Positions 1-8,806 of a stretch of DNA of 32,000 nt are shown here, piece after piece. The stretch's first letter is position 1; every line of letters starts with the position of its first letter. A program made the translations under genes and the position numbers. A model generated the notes under the pieces. That model was given only the letters and a program-made list of their open reading frames with translations. It searched no databases and had not been told where the DNA came from. Source of the stretch: an uncultured Erysipelotrichaceae bacterium (lineage in GTDB: Bacteria > Bacillota_I > Bacilli_A > Erysipelotrichales > Erysipelotrichaceae); NCBI GenBank assembly GCA_942493105.1, contig OW818668.1, forward strand, positions 1,800,001 to 1,832,000, read 5' to 3'.

Positions 1-276
1 TGCGCTATCCATTTCTCCATTAAGATCATTGGTTCCAGAAAATAAAATAATCAATTTAGGATCATAAGGCTTTACGATACGATCATACGCATCAATCGCA
101 TCTTGAATCTTAGATCCCCCAAAGCCTGCATTCACTACGCTATAGGCCTTAAAATCGTTTTTAAGCGTTGTCCAATAGACAATACTGCTTGAACCGATAA
201 ACACAATATCAACTGAGCTTAGTCCTTTATAAGTTGCTTCAATTTTCTTGATGTCTTCTTCCCAGATCGAGTTCAT
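1..276 (-). CDS. SGNH/GDSL-family hydrolase (N-terminal part; gene runs off the left edge)
   Basis: Absent from the ORF track because no stop lies in the window. Minus-strand ATG at 276..274 is preceded by AAAGG. Translation MNSIWEEDIKKIEATYKGLSSVDIVFIGSSSIVYW..NAGFGGSK..LFSGTNDL shows SGNH blocks I (GSS), II (G) and III (GTND). No N-terminal hydrophobic segment. Overlaps the 3' end of the upstream gene by 38 nt. Confidence 0.6.
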   Translation of the reverse strand, partial: MNSIWEEDIKKIEATYKGLSSVDIVFIGSSSIVYWTTLKNDFKAYSVVNAGFGGSKIQDAIDAYDRIVKPYDPKLIILFSGTNDLNGEMDSA

Positions 277-1600
277 GATGAGCCGCCTTTCTGACTTCAA
301 AACGTTTATATTTAGAATTATCTGAAGGTATTGAAATCTTAGTCACAATAATTCTAAGATCAGGTTGAATATCGAAGGCTTTGAACTCTTTGATCAAGCG
401 ATCATGCAGCCCTTCCACAAAAGATTCAGAAGGAACCCCGCTTAAGCAATCAATCATCAATTCCATCGCATTGACCTCACTTTGAATGACCTTGAATTCG
501 CGTATTTCATTACTATAAGTAATGATCCACCGACTGATCAAATCCGGAAAAACATGCTGCAACTTGTGATCTAAGGTAGTAAACATCATCACATCATCTT
601 GCCTTCCTATAATATGATCGATGATACGATAATGAGAACCGCATGGACACGAATCCTTTAAAACGATCCAATCATTCATGCGATATCTAAACAGAGGCTG
701 AACCGTATTGATCAGATTCGTGACCACAATTTGTCCTGGTATGCCACTTTGATCAACCACTTTCCCCTTCTCATCCATCAATTCCACAAACACCAAGTCT
801 TCATTGATATGCAGATTCCCTGCTTTACATGCTGAAGCAATCTGTCCTTCTGAAGCTTGATAGATTTCTATGACTTGACAGTTAAAGACATTTTTGAACT
901 TTTCTTTCTCTTCTTTGGTCAAAACCTCTGCATAACATACGATACAACTAAAAGGATGGTTTATTTCTTCACGATGAGGAATCAAGAGCCGTACAAAGCT
1001 AGGAGGAGCCATTAATATATTGATTTTTTGACGATTGATTTCACGGATAACCTGATCAATGGGAGTCATCGTACTAACATAATTCAATTTGATCAAAGGA
1101 CTGTTGATGTCGGCAAATCCTTGAGAAAAGACCCTGAGACAAAACATGATCTTAAAAGGCAAATACTTGAGTGATAAACCACTGCGTGCTAAAAATACAA
1201 AAGGTAATTTTTTAGTCAGTGCTTTATCCGTTAAATAGAGCCCTTTGTTTCCACTGGTTCCACTGGATAAACCCACCACATAACGATCCTTATAATAGCC
1301 CGTATAATCTTTGCGTGCTTCTTTATCACAGGCATAAGCTTCAACATCCATTCTTTTTAAACCAGCCGAATTGAGCTCATCAAAATGATTCATCAAGATC
1401 GTCTTATCGATGATCGGTAAAGCAAAGAAATCACCCCATGTGAGAAAATTTTTCCCTTCATTATAAGAAGCATAATAAGAAGATTTAGCCTGTGCTAAAG
1501 TGAAATTTTTTTGGATGGCCTTGAATTGATAGGCTTGGATCTGTCTTTTGGTATAAAACCTAAATCCAAACTTAAGCCTAATAAAATCAAATAGTCCCAT
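239..1600 (-). CDS. PaaK / coenzyme F390 synthetase-like adenylate-forming enzyme
   Basis: 453-aa ORF with adenylation motifs SSGTSGNKG, YQASEG and a PaaK-type GRQDDVMMF. Its start lies 1 nt after the upstream stop (TAAGATG junction). Confidence 0.7.
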   Translation of the reverse strand: MGLFDFIRLKFGFRFYTKRQIQAYQFKAIQKNFTLAQAKSSYYASYNEGKNFLTWGDFFALPIIDKTILMNHFDELNSAGLKRMDVEAYACDKEARKDYTGYYKDRYVVGLSSGTSGNKGLYLTDKALTKKLPFVFLARSGLSLKYLPFKIMFCLRVFSQGFADINSPLIKLNYVSTMTPIDQVIREINRQKINILMAPPSFVRLLIPHREEINHPFSCIVCYAEVLTKEEKEKFKNVFNCQVIEIYQASEGQIASACKAGNLHINEDLVFVELMDEKGKVVDQSGIPGQIVVTNLINTVQPLFRYRMNDWIVLKDSCPCGSHYRIIDHIIGRQDDVMMFTTLDHKLQHVFPDLISRWIITYSNEIREFKVIQSEVNAMELMIDCLSGVPSESFVEGLHDRLIKEFKAFDIQPDLRIIVTKISIPSDNSKYKRFEVRKAAHHELDLGRRHQEN

Positions 1601-1601
1601 C

Positions 1602-2816
1602 TTATCCTTTAAGTTTCTTCAGTTTTTCACTGGTAGCTGTTTTATTGAGTGATAGACTCATGAAATACTCGATTCCATACTTATAATGTTTCTTTTCCCA
1701 AAGGATCAACACAAAACCCCAAATCAAACTAAGTGTCAACCCAAATCCTAATGCCCCTAAAATATTTAGTTGAAGATCTAAGCCAAAATTCCTCAAGCTT
1801 GCCATAATCGATGCACTGACCACACTTTCAATAAAGAAAACACTTAATCCGCCTTTGGAATAACGGTTAAAGAAACGTGAAATAGGTTTAAACGGTTTCT
1901 TTAATGTATCAAACCAATAGATCATCCCACCAATCATCAACGAAAACAAACCCAGTTGTGCCATCATGATCGCAAACCATACTGGATCGATCGCTCTTTG
2001 AAGCATGGTGTCAGGTAAAGTAATGTAGAAAACGACCCCTGTGATCAAAAGAACAGATCCAAAGAAAACAACCTTTCGATTGAAATAACGATCTTTTTCA
2101 ATCAGCAAGTAAGCCAACCACATTCCCATCAACGCAAATGAGAAATAAGGCAAGATGGGGTTATTTTTATTGACCAACCAATTGAGCGGTAAGATCAAAG
2201 ACCAATTCATGGCATCACGTCCTTCAAGATAGAGATTATATAAAGGGATCCTTATGAGTGATAACGCAAAGAATATAATAGCTAGAATTAAAACCAACCA
2301 AGATTTCTTCATTGATTTTAGCCAACGATTAAGAATCAAATACAATAAGCCTACCAATAAAATATTCATGGCGATCATCACCAATGAATCAATGTATAAA
2401 AAACGATCTAAACTCGGTATGATCCACTTCCCTGTATTGATCACATGAACCAAAATACTTTCATCCATGGTTCTTTCAGCCATATTGACGATCCCAGGTC
2501 CAGTGATATTGAAATAGAGATACGCAATCAGCATCATCAAACCAAATGACTTAAAAACATATTTTAAGATAACAGAAGGACTTAATTGATATTCATGGAT
2601 TTTTCGTTCATATTGGATGGTATGAACCAATCCGCTGATCATCGCAAATAGACCAGCAAACATCAACATCAACCCAATGATGGTCACAGTCAAAGGTGGA
2701 TTATCAAGATCTAGATCATATAATCCACTAAAATGATAAAAAGCCGTATGCATCATGACCAATACGAAAATACCAAAGCCTCTGAGTACATCCAACCCAC
2801 GGTAGTTCTTTTTCAT
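1602..2816 (-). CDS. Polytopic membrane acyltransferase (DUF1624/HGSNAT-like or acyltransferase-3-like)
   Basis: 404 aa with about 10 hydrophobic helices. The N-terminal signature YRGLDVLRGFGIFVLVMMH (LDxLRG..H) is typical of transmembrane acyl/acetyl-transferases. RBS AGAGGAA lies upstream. Confidence 0.6.
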   Translation of the reverse strand: MKKNYRGLDVLRGFGIFVLVMMHTAFYHFSGLYDLDLDNPPLTVTIIGLMLMFAGLFAMISGLVHTIQYERKIHEYQLSPSVILKYVFKSFGLMMLIAYLYFNITGPGIVNMAERTMDESILVHVINTGKWIIPSLDRFLYIDSLVMIAMNILLVGLLYLILNRWLKSMKKSWLVLILAIIFFALSLIRIPLYNLYLEGRDAMNWSLILPLNWLVNKNNPILPYFSFALMGMWLAYLLIEKDRYFNRKVVFFGSVLLITGVVFYITLPDTMLQRAIDPVWFAIMMAQLGLFSLMIGGMIYWFDTLKKPFKPISRFFNRYSKGGLSVFFIESVVSASIMASLRNFGLDLQLNILGALGFGLTLSLIWGFVLILWEKKHYKYGIEYFMSLSLNKTATSEKLKKLKG

Positions 2817-2876
2817 CTTATTTCCTCTATTTTTATCATATCATACCTTAGTCCTTCATCGCTTCACTCTGTAAAC

Positions 2877-2908
2877 AACAAAAAGCAGGAAACCTAAGTT
2901 TCCTGCTA
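2877..2908 (-). terminator. Rho-independent terminator after the yerC-like gene
   Basis: Perfect 10-bp stem AGCAGGAAAC/GTTTCCTGCT (2885-2894 / 2899-2908) with a 4-nt loop, followed on the minus strand by TTTTGTTGTTT. Confidence 0.7.
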
Positions 2909-2984
2909 AGTTCAGCATTCTAAAAATCAATCAAGTAAGGCTAAAAGAACCTTCACTTTATAAATATATGCTTTTATTAATACA

Positions 2985-3257
2985 TTATTTCTTTAAAATG
3001 ATCGTTCGATATCCACCATTCCCATGGAGAATACAACGGTTAATCCGAGATATGGTCGCGGAGCTCATCTTGGTTTTTTCTTCAATTTGTTCATAGGTTA
3101 GTCCATCGATCAAAAACTTGGCGACTTCTAATCGATCCGCCATATCATTGACTTCATTGATGGTACACAAATCATCGAAAAAGTTAGCACACTCTTCTAA
3201 GGTTTCTAGCTTTAAAACATGCTCAAACAAAGATATTATTTTAGGATCGTTTTTCAT
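2985..3257 (-). CDS. yerC: TrpR-like YerC/YecD family protein
   Basis: 90 aa. CTINEVNDMADRLEVAKFL..YEQIEEKTKMSSATISRINRCILHGNGGY closely parallels B. subtilis YerC. RBS GGAG lies upstream. Confidence 0.8.
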   Translation of the reverse strand: MKNDPKIISLFEHVLKLETLEECANFFDDLCTINEVNDMADRLEVAKFLIDGLTYEQIEEKTKMSSATISRINRCILHGNGGYRTIILKK

Positions 3258-3330
3258 AAGTCTCCGTTCTTATAATGGTCTCTGCGATTATTCTAACATC
3301 TCAAGCTTGTTTCGTCATCTTATAGTTTTT

Positions 3331-3355
3331 ATAAAAAAACCGGATATTTCCGGTT
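3331..3355 (-). terminator. Rho-independent terminator ending the ptb..vor operon
   Basis: Stem AACCGGA/TCCGGTT (3338-3344 / 3349-3355) with loop TATT, followed on the minus strand by a T-run. It overlaps the stop codon of the gamma subunit gene. Confidence 0.7.
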
Positions 3356-3893
3356 AATGGAGATCATAAGCAACTTCGAATGCTTTTTGATTGAGTTTTG
3401 TCAGTTCTGGATTCTTCAAACCGAATTTTTCTTCTATGATTTCTAAACCGTCTTGCTTATTGAAAATATCAAGCTGAGCTGCAATGGATCCCAATGCAGC
3501 CATATTTTGTACTTTAGGATTTCCAATCTCAGTCGCAATCTTATTAAAGTCTACTTTTAAGATATGGACATCTGTTGGAACTTCATCCGTATTCACCAGG
3601 GCTTCATTGACGATCAACCAAGCTCCTTTTTCAAGTTTCGGTTGAAACTTAGTCAGGGCCATTTGATTCATCGCCAACAGTAAAGTAATGCCTTCTGCAA
3701 TGATGGGTGAGGCAATTTCAGCATCATCGATGACAACTTGACAATTGGCTGTACCACCACGCATTTCAGGACCATAGGAAGGCATCCAACTGGTATTGAG
3801 ACCTTTTTTCATGGCCATCAAGGCTACCATTTGGCCCATGGATAAGACGCCTTGTCCACCAAATCCTGCACATACCAATTTAATCGATTTCAT
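3354..3893 (-). CDS. 2-oxoacid:ferredoxin oxidoreductase, gamma subunit
   Basis: 179 aa. N-terminal motif VCAGFGGQGV is typical of POR/VOR/KOR gamma subunits. TAATG start/stop overlap with the beta subunit gene. Confidence 0.85.
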   Translation of the reverse strand: MKSIKLVCAGFGGQGVLSMGQMVALMAMKKGLNTSWMPSYGPEMRGGTANCQVVIDDAEIASPIIAEGITLLLAMNQMALTKFQPKLEKGAWLIVNEALVNTDEVPTDVHILKVDFNKIATEIGNPKVQNMAALGSIAAQLDIFNKQDGLEIIEEKFGLKNPELTKLNQKAFEVAYDLH

Positions 3894-4636
3894 TAGATTT
3901 TCCCCTTATCTTTATAGACGCCTAAAGGAAAATAAGCTGCCATATCTTCTTTGATATATTTAAGAGAATCGACTGGGTTTAAACCCCATCCGATATTACA
4001 TGAGGATAATACTTCAACCATTGAGAAGCCTTTCCCATCAACTTGATTCTGGAATGCTTTTTTGATGGCTGTTTTAGCTTTGCGGACACTGACTGGATCT
4101 GCCGTCATGACCCGTTCAACATAATACGTACCAGGAATGGTTGCGATCAATTCGCTCATCTTGATGGGTTCACCTTGTGTTTTAACATCTCTGCCATAAG
4201 GAGAAGTCGTGGTGATCTGACCTGGTAAGGTCGTAGGAGCCATTTGGCCACCTGTCATCCCATAAATCGCATTGTTGACGAAGATAACCGTGATGTTTTC
4301 ACCGCGATGGGCTGCTTGAACGATTTCACCGGTTCCGATAGATGCTAAATCACCATCGCCTTGATAGGTAAATACGATGGAATCTGGACGAACACGTTTT
4401 GCACCAGTCGCAACAGCGGGTGCACGACCATGAGCCGCTTGGATCGAATCACAATTAAAGAAATCATAACTCATGACTGAACAACCCACCGAAGCAATCA
4501 AAATACTGCGATCCAAAACATTAAGTTCTTCTAAAACTTCTGCAACCAAACGATGAATGATGCCATGTGTACAACCAGGGCAATAAGTCAAAGGCTTGTC
4601 GGTCAAACCTTTGGTTTTCTTAAAGATGACCGTCAT
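3893..4636 (-). CDS. 2-oxoacid:ferredoxin oxidoreductase, beta (TPP-binding) subunit
   Basis: Contains CPGCTHG and the GDGD TPP motif. I place the start at ATG 4636 (MTVIF..), which follows GGAGG by 8 nt. The ORF-track start at 4651 is a GTG lying within that RBS. Confidence 0.85.
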   Translation of the reverse strand: MTVIFKKTKGLTDKPLTYCPGCTHGIIHRLVAEVLEELNVLDRSILIASVGCSVMSYDFFNCDSIQAAHGRAPAVATGAKRVRPDSIVFTYQGDGDLASIGTGEIVQAAHRGENITVIFVNNAIYGMTGGQMAPTTLPGQITTTSPYGRDVKTQGEPIKMSELIATIPGTYYVERVMTADPVSVRKAKTAIKKAFQNQVDGKGFSMVEVLSSCNIGWGLNPVDSLKYIKEDMAAYFPLGVYKDKGKI

Positions 4637-4637
4637 A

Positions 4638-5693
4638 TTATTTGCCTCCACAATGCGACTTTACCGCATTGACGATTTCACTGGGTTCAAATATGATTCC
4701 GCCAGTACGTCCATAGAAATATACAGGAACGATGCCATTGACTGCTAGTTTGACATCCACCAACATCTGTCCCATTGATAATTCAGCACACAAAACAAAC
4801 TTAACGTTTTTTGAAGCTTCATGTAGGGCATCATAAGGATAAGGAACCAGGGTCTTAGGTCTAAACAAACCTGCTTTGATGCCTTCTTCACGTAATGTTT
4901 TGATCGCTGATTTGACGATACGTGATGGTGTCCCATAAGCCACGATCAAGACTTCCGCATCATCACATAAGAATTGTTCATATTCAACTTCGTTTTTAAC
5001 GATTTCTAGATATTTGTTGTTTAATAGAATATTGTGATCTTCGAGTTCAACGGAATCTAGATGCATAGAGTTGACTACATTTAAATGATCACGATTGCCT
5101 TTTCCGGTGGCTGCCCATAAATTAGCAGCTTTGGGAATCGGTGTTGTGTCGATTTCAACCGGTTCCATCATTTGACCAATGATCCCATCTGCCATGACCA
5201 TGACTGGAATCCGATATGTATCCGCCAATCTAAACGCATGTCTCACCATATCTGTGGCTTCTTGAACACCGTTAGGTGCCAAGACGATCACTCTATAGTC
5301 CCCATTGCCTCCGCCTCGTGTGGCTTGATTATAGTCCCCTTGTGAAGGCAAGATACTGCCTAAACCTGGACCTCCACGTGATACAGAAACGATTACGACA
5401 GGAAGTTGAGCTCCTGCACAATAAGAAATCCCTTCTTGTTTAAGGGCGATCCCAGGTGAAGAAGACGAGGTCATCACTCTTGCTCCTGCAGCAGCCGCTC
5501 CATAAACCATATTGATCGCAGCGATTTCGCTTTCAGCTTGAACGAAAACGCCTCCGCTTTTTGCGAGATATTTAGACATATATTCTGGCACTTCATTTTG
5601 CGGGGTGATCGGATATCCAAAGAACCCTTCACATCCTGCAGAGATCGCAGCTTGGGCAATGGCTTCATTGCCTTTCATTAAGACTTTTCCCAT
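4638..5693 (-). CDS. 2-oxoacid:ferredoxin oxidoreductase, alpha subunit
   Basis: MGKVLMKGNEAIAQAAISAGC..GYPITPQNE is the canonical alpha N-terminus. Start moved to ATG 5693, which forms a TAATG overlap with the delta subunit stop. The 24-aa ORF-track extension is rejected. Confidence 0.85.
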   Translation of the reverse strand: MGKVLMKGNEAIAQAAISAGCEGFFGYPITPQNEVPEYMSKYLAKSGGVFVQAESEIAAINMVYGAAAAGARVMTSSSSPGIALKQEGISYCAGAQLPVVIVSVSRGGPGLGSILPSQGDYNQATRGGGNGDYRVIVLAPNGVQEATDMVRHAFRLADTYRIPVMVMADGIIGQMMEPVEIDTTPIPKAANLWAATGKGNRDHLNVVNSMHLDSVELEDHNILLNNKYLEIVKNEVEYEQFLCDDAEVLIVAYGTPSRIVKSAIKTLREEGIKAGLFRPKTLVPYPYDALHEASKNVKFVLCAELSMGQMLVDVKLAVNGIVPVYFYGRTGGIIFEPSEIVNAVKSHCGGK

Positions 5694-5911
5694 TACGCAT
5701 CCAACCTTTCTACGGTAATGCATGAATCTGGACACATCAGTGCACAATTCGTACACGCGATGCACTTATCCATATCAAAACAATGAGCCGGTGTATAACC
5801 GATCTTATTGACTCTACTCAAATCCAAAGCCAAGATTTTCATCGGGCACGCATTGACACATAATCCACACCCTTTACAGGTGTCTTCATTAAAAGTAACT
5901 CTTCCTTTCAT
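5693..5911 (-). CDS. 2-oxoacid:ferredoxin oxidoreductase, delta subunit (2x[4Fe-4S] ferredoxin)
   Basis: Two CxxCxxCxxxCP motifs (CKGCGLCVNACP, CIACTNCALMCP). Start at ATG 5911, 7 nt after AAAGGAG, forming an ATGA overlap with the upstream stop. Confidence 0.85.
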   Translation of the reverse strand: MKGRVTFNEDTCKGCGLCVNACPMKILALDLSRVNKIGYTPAHCFDMDKCIACTNCALMCPDSCITVERLDA

Positions 5912-6564
5912 AATGTTTCTCCTTTCATCCAATCGCTTCTTAGGATCAAATGATCAAAGTAAACGACAGGATTATGAATGGTTTTCAAATAAGGTAAAAA
6001 TAAAGCGTTGACCATCGTATACACAATAGGAATATTCAATTCATGTGAGATTTTTTCAAGTTCAGATTGAGCACTTAAGATCATTTCAGGATCGCTTTGG
6101 TCTAACATATGCGTATTATGAACCAATCCATTGATGCTTAAATGACTGCGAGATTCAAAGAGTTCGATCATAGGCTTGATTTGATCAAAGAAGGATTCAG
6201 GTCGATTCGCATTGACCACCAGCCAAACCGATGCTTTTTGTAGTACATCATCAAAACTCGCAAGTGGTTTCAAACCATTTTCACTGCCCGCACAATCAAT
6301 GATCAGCGGGATATTTTGTTGAATGGCACCCCTAAGATTTCCGCTCATGGCAGGAAAATCTTGATTGGTGTGGTTTTTTAAGATACTGCCGATGACTTCT
6401 ACCCCTTTGGATTTTAACCACAGAGCTTGTTCACGTGGTCTAAAATACGGGTTGATGACATCCAGATCAGCCAATGCACAAGGAGCTTTCAATAAAGCCA
6501 ATTGAGATGCAAATTCGCTCTTACCGACACCATAGGCACCGGTGATGATGAGCACTTCACTCAT
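5908..6564 (-). CDS. P-loop NTPase, MinD/CooC-like (SIMIBI class), function unknown
   Basis: 218 aa. Walker A ITGAYGVGKSE, then ADLDVINPY and a Walker B/switch-like LIIDCAGSENG, resembling the CooC/MinD layout. ATGA overlaps at both ends (6561-6564 and 5908-5911). Confidence 0.55.
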   Translation of the reverse strand: MSEVLIITGAYGVGKSEFASQLALLKAPCALADLDVINPYFRPREQALWLKSKGVEVIGSILKNHTNQDFPAMSGNLRGAIQQNIPLIIDCAGSENGLKPLASFDDVLQKASVWLVVNANRPESFFDQIKPMIELFESRSHLSINGLVHNTHMLDQSDPEMILSAQSELEKISHELNIPIVYTMVNALFLPYLKTIHNPVVYFDHLILRSDWMKGETL

Positions 6565-7643
6565 TTCTTAGCAATATGGATACTGTTGATACGGCTCATC
6601 ATTTCGATGCGTCGATCAGCCATTCGTTCAGCCACCAAGTAAGATGGTACATTGGTTTCCTTAGATTCACGAATGATTTCGCGAATGCGATCATAAATCA
6701 AATCAATGGCCTGCATTGAAGCTTCTTTATTGTATCCTATCTTTTCTTGATAGACATTGATCAAACCACCCGCATTGATGACATAATCAGGGGCATATAC
6801 GATACCTCTTTCATGTAGCATCATCCCATGTTTATTGGTATCTTCCAATTGGTTGTTGGCACTTCCGCCAATGATTTTGGCTTTGATGTCAGGAATGGTC
6901 TTATCGTTAAGCGTAGCCCCTAAAGCACAAGGTGCATACACATCCACATCCAAGGTATGAATCAAATCTTTATCTACGATGGTAGCCCCTGTTTTTTCAG
7001 AGACATTCTTCAAGGCTTCTTGATCGATGTCCGAGATAAACAAGATGGCTCCTTCTTCATGAAGCAAATCAGCTAAAACTGCACCAACATGACCCACACC
7101 TGAAATCGCTACTTTGATGCCTTCTAGTTTAGAAGTCCCATATTCTTCTTTTAAGCAAGCTTTGATGCCTTTAAGGACACCATAAGCTGTAAAGGGAGAA
7201 GGATCTCCTGAAGTGGTCGGTAAGCCCATAACGTGATCGGTTTCAATCTTGACTAAATTCATATCTGCAGGAGAAGTTCCAACATCTTCGGCGGTAATGA
7301 AACGTCCACCTAAAGAATCGACATAACGCCCAAAGGCTCTCCAGAAGGCTTCACGTTTAACTGTATCTTTGCGTAAATTCTTTGAGTTTCCAATGATGAC
7401 TGCTTTACCACCACCCAAATTCAAGCCAGCACACGCTGCTTTTTTTGTCATTCCTCTGGCTAAACGCATAACATCCAAAACTGCTTCTTCTTCATTCTCA
7501 TATTCCCAAACTCGAGTTCCACCTAAGGCAGGTCCTAGTGTGGTGTTGTGTATGCAAATGAAACCCTTTAAGCCAGAATTCCGATCATACATGTAAATCA
7601 GTTGTTCATAGCCATACTTTTCCATATACTCAAATTTAAGCAT
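6561..7643 (-). CDS. bcd: Leucine (branched-chain amino acid) dehydrogenase
   Basis: 360 aa. IHNTTLGPALGGTRVWEY..LARGMTKKAACAGLNLGGGKAVIIG is the Glu/Leu/Phe/Val dehydrogenase signature in its Leu-DH form, followed by a Rossmann GVGHVG. RBS AAGGAG. Confidence 0.9.
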   Translation of the reverse strand: MLKFEYMEKYGYEQLIYMYDRNSGLKGFICIHNTTLGPALGGTRVWEYENEEEAVLDVMRLARGMTKKAACAGLNLGGGKAVIIGNSKNLRKDTVKREAFWRAFGRYVDSLGGRFITAEDVGTSPADMNLVKIETDHVMGLPTTSGDPSPFTAYGVLKGIKACLKEEYGTSKLEGIKVAISGVGHVGAVLADLLHEEGAILFISDIDQEALKNVSEKTGATIVDKDLIHTLDVDVYAPCALGATLNDKTIPDIKAKIIGGSANNQLEDTNKHGMMLHERGIVYAPDYVINAGGLINVYQEKIGYNKEASMQAIDLIYDRIREIIRESKETNVPSYLVAERMADRRIEMMSRINSIHIAKK

Positions 7644-7694
7644 TATTTTCTCCTTGAAGCCTGGTTCATTTTTTTTGGCTTCTCTTCGATTTTA

Positions 7695-7703
7695 ATTATA
7701 CCA
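7695..7703 (-). promoter_or_regulatory. Candidate internal extended -10 promoter upstream of the leucine dehydrogenase gene
   Basis: The minus strand reads TGGTATAAT (TGnTATAAT) in the 101-nt buk-bcd gap. No convincing -35 element. Confidence 0.3.
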
Positions 7704-7744
7704 AATCAAAAGTCATGCTGAAAGCCCTTTCATCTGTATTTCAT

Positions 7745-8806
7745 CTAATATGGTTTTAATGCTTCTTCACCGTTAAGGTAACGTAAGCCACCACTGGCCA
7801 ATGCTCTAAGTTCATCTTCACCAGGATAAACGGATACAGGAGCAATCCAATCAACCCGCTTTTTAAGTTCATCACAGATATAGGCATTATATGCAACGCC
7901 TCCTGTAATCAAGATCTGATCGATCTTACCGCAGACAACCGTCGAATAAGCTCCGATTTCTTTAGCAATCTGATAAATCATCGCATCAAGAATAAGTTTT
8001 GAATGTGGATCCTTTAGTGAACGTTCATAGATTGCTTTCACGTCACTTGTTCCTAAATGAGATACCAAACCACCTTTACCTACTAGAATTTTTGCGATCT
8101 TTTCATAATCATGATCATTATTATTGATGATTTGGATCACCATTCGAGATGTAAGCCCGCCTGCTCTTTCGGGAGAAAAAGGTCCATCTCCATCTAAAGC
8201 ATTGGAAGTATCGATGACTCGGCCTCGTTCATGGATACCTACAGATATCCCACCACCAAGATGCGCAATCAATAGATTAAGTTCAGTAATCGGTTTATGG
8301 ATTGATTTTGAATATTCAAGGGCAATTTGTTTTGTGTTTAACGCATGGAAACCACATCTTCGATCATATCCTTTCATTCCGGATATACGTGCGATGTCAC
8401 TTAATTCATCCGTTGTCGGAGCATTCACAAACACGACTTCCTTGCCTGTCTCTTTACTCCACTCATAACCGATACATACCCCTACATTTGAAATATGCGA
8501 GCCGTTTCGTTCATGACTGATATCTTCATAGACCACATCATCCACACGATACACACCGCCTGGAATGGGTTTTGTGACAGCTCCTCTAACGACGATCAGA
8601 TCCATTGAAGCAAGATCAATTTGATTTGACTTTAGCCATGAATCGATGATGTTTTTTCGAAAAGGTGTCTGTGATAATATATTGGGAAAATGACTTAGTT
8701 CTTCAGAACTGTGTCTAAAAGTTTGACTGGTGATCTCTGTTTCATCTTGAAACAATGCAATTTTACTTGAAGTAGAACCTAGATTTAAAACGAATAATTT
8801 AGACAT
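7745..8806 (-). CDS. buk: Butyrate (branched-chain acyl) kinase
   Basis: 353 aa. N-terminus VLNLGSTSSKIALF and ASKHA-fold acetate/butyrate kinase features. 8-nt overlap with ptb. Confidence 0.9.
   Translation of the reverse strand: MSKLFVLNLGSTSSKIALFQDETEITSQTFRHSSEELSHFPNILSQTPFRKNIIDSWLKSNQIDLASMDLIVVRGAVTKPIPGGVYRVDDVVYEDISHERNGSHISNVGVCIGYEWSKETGKEVVFVNAPTTDELSDIARISGMKGYDRRCGFHALNTKQIALEYSKSIHKPITELNLLIAHLGGGISVGIHERGRVIDTSNALDGDGPFSPERAGGLTSRMVIQIINNNDHDYEKIAKILVGKGGLVSHLGTSDVKAIYERSLKDPHSKLILDAMIYQIAKEIGAYSTVVCGKIDQILITGGVAYNAYICDELKKRVDWIAPVSVYPGEDELRALASGGLRYLNGEEALKPY

Noticed and set aside
2254-2448. Short ORFs from the six-frame track lying inside longer, well-supported genes, either antisense or same-strand in another frame. 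They are 2254-2448, 3118-3357, 4043-4228, 4745-4936, 5474-5668, 5808-6011, 7369-7596, 8124-8468, 8302-8520, 9151-9363, 10290-10538, 13675-13989, 14478-14690, 15169-15408, 18895-19230, 26338-26520, 27233-27454, 27830-28111, 27877-28143 and 28189-28392.
   Set aside because: All lie wholly inside genes with strong family signatures. They have low-complexity or odd composition, no RBS and no recognisable motifs, which is typical of shadow ORFs in AT-rich DNA.
5694-5765. N-terminal extensions in the ORF track: alpha subunit to 5765, delta subunit to 5932, beta subunit to 4651, DUF438 gene to 11076, dsbA-like gene to 16762 and gamma-CA-like gene to 18196.
   Set aside because: In each case an internal ATG sits at proper distance from a Shine-Dalgarno sequence or forms a TAATG/ATGA coupling junction. 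The extensions start at GTG/TTG codons, or at an ATG lacking an RBS, and overlap the RBS or the upstream gene.
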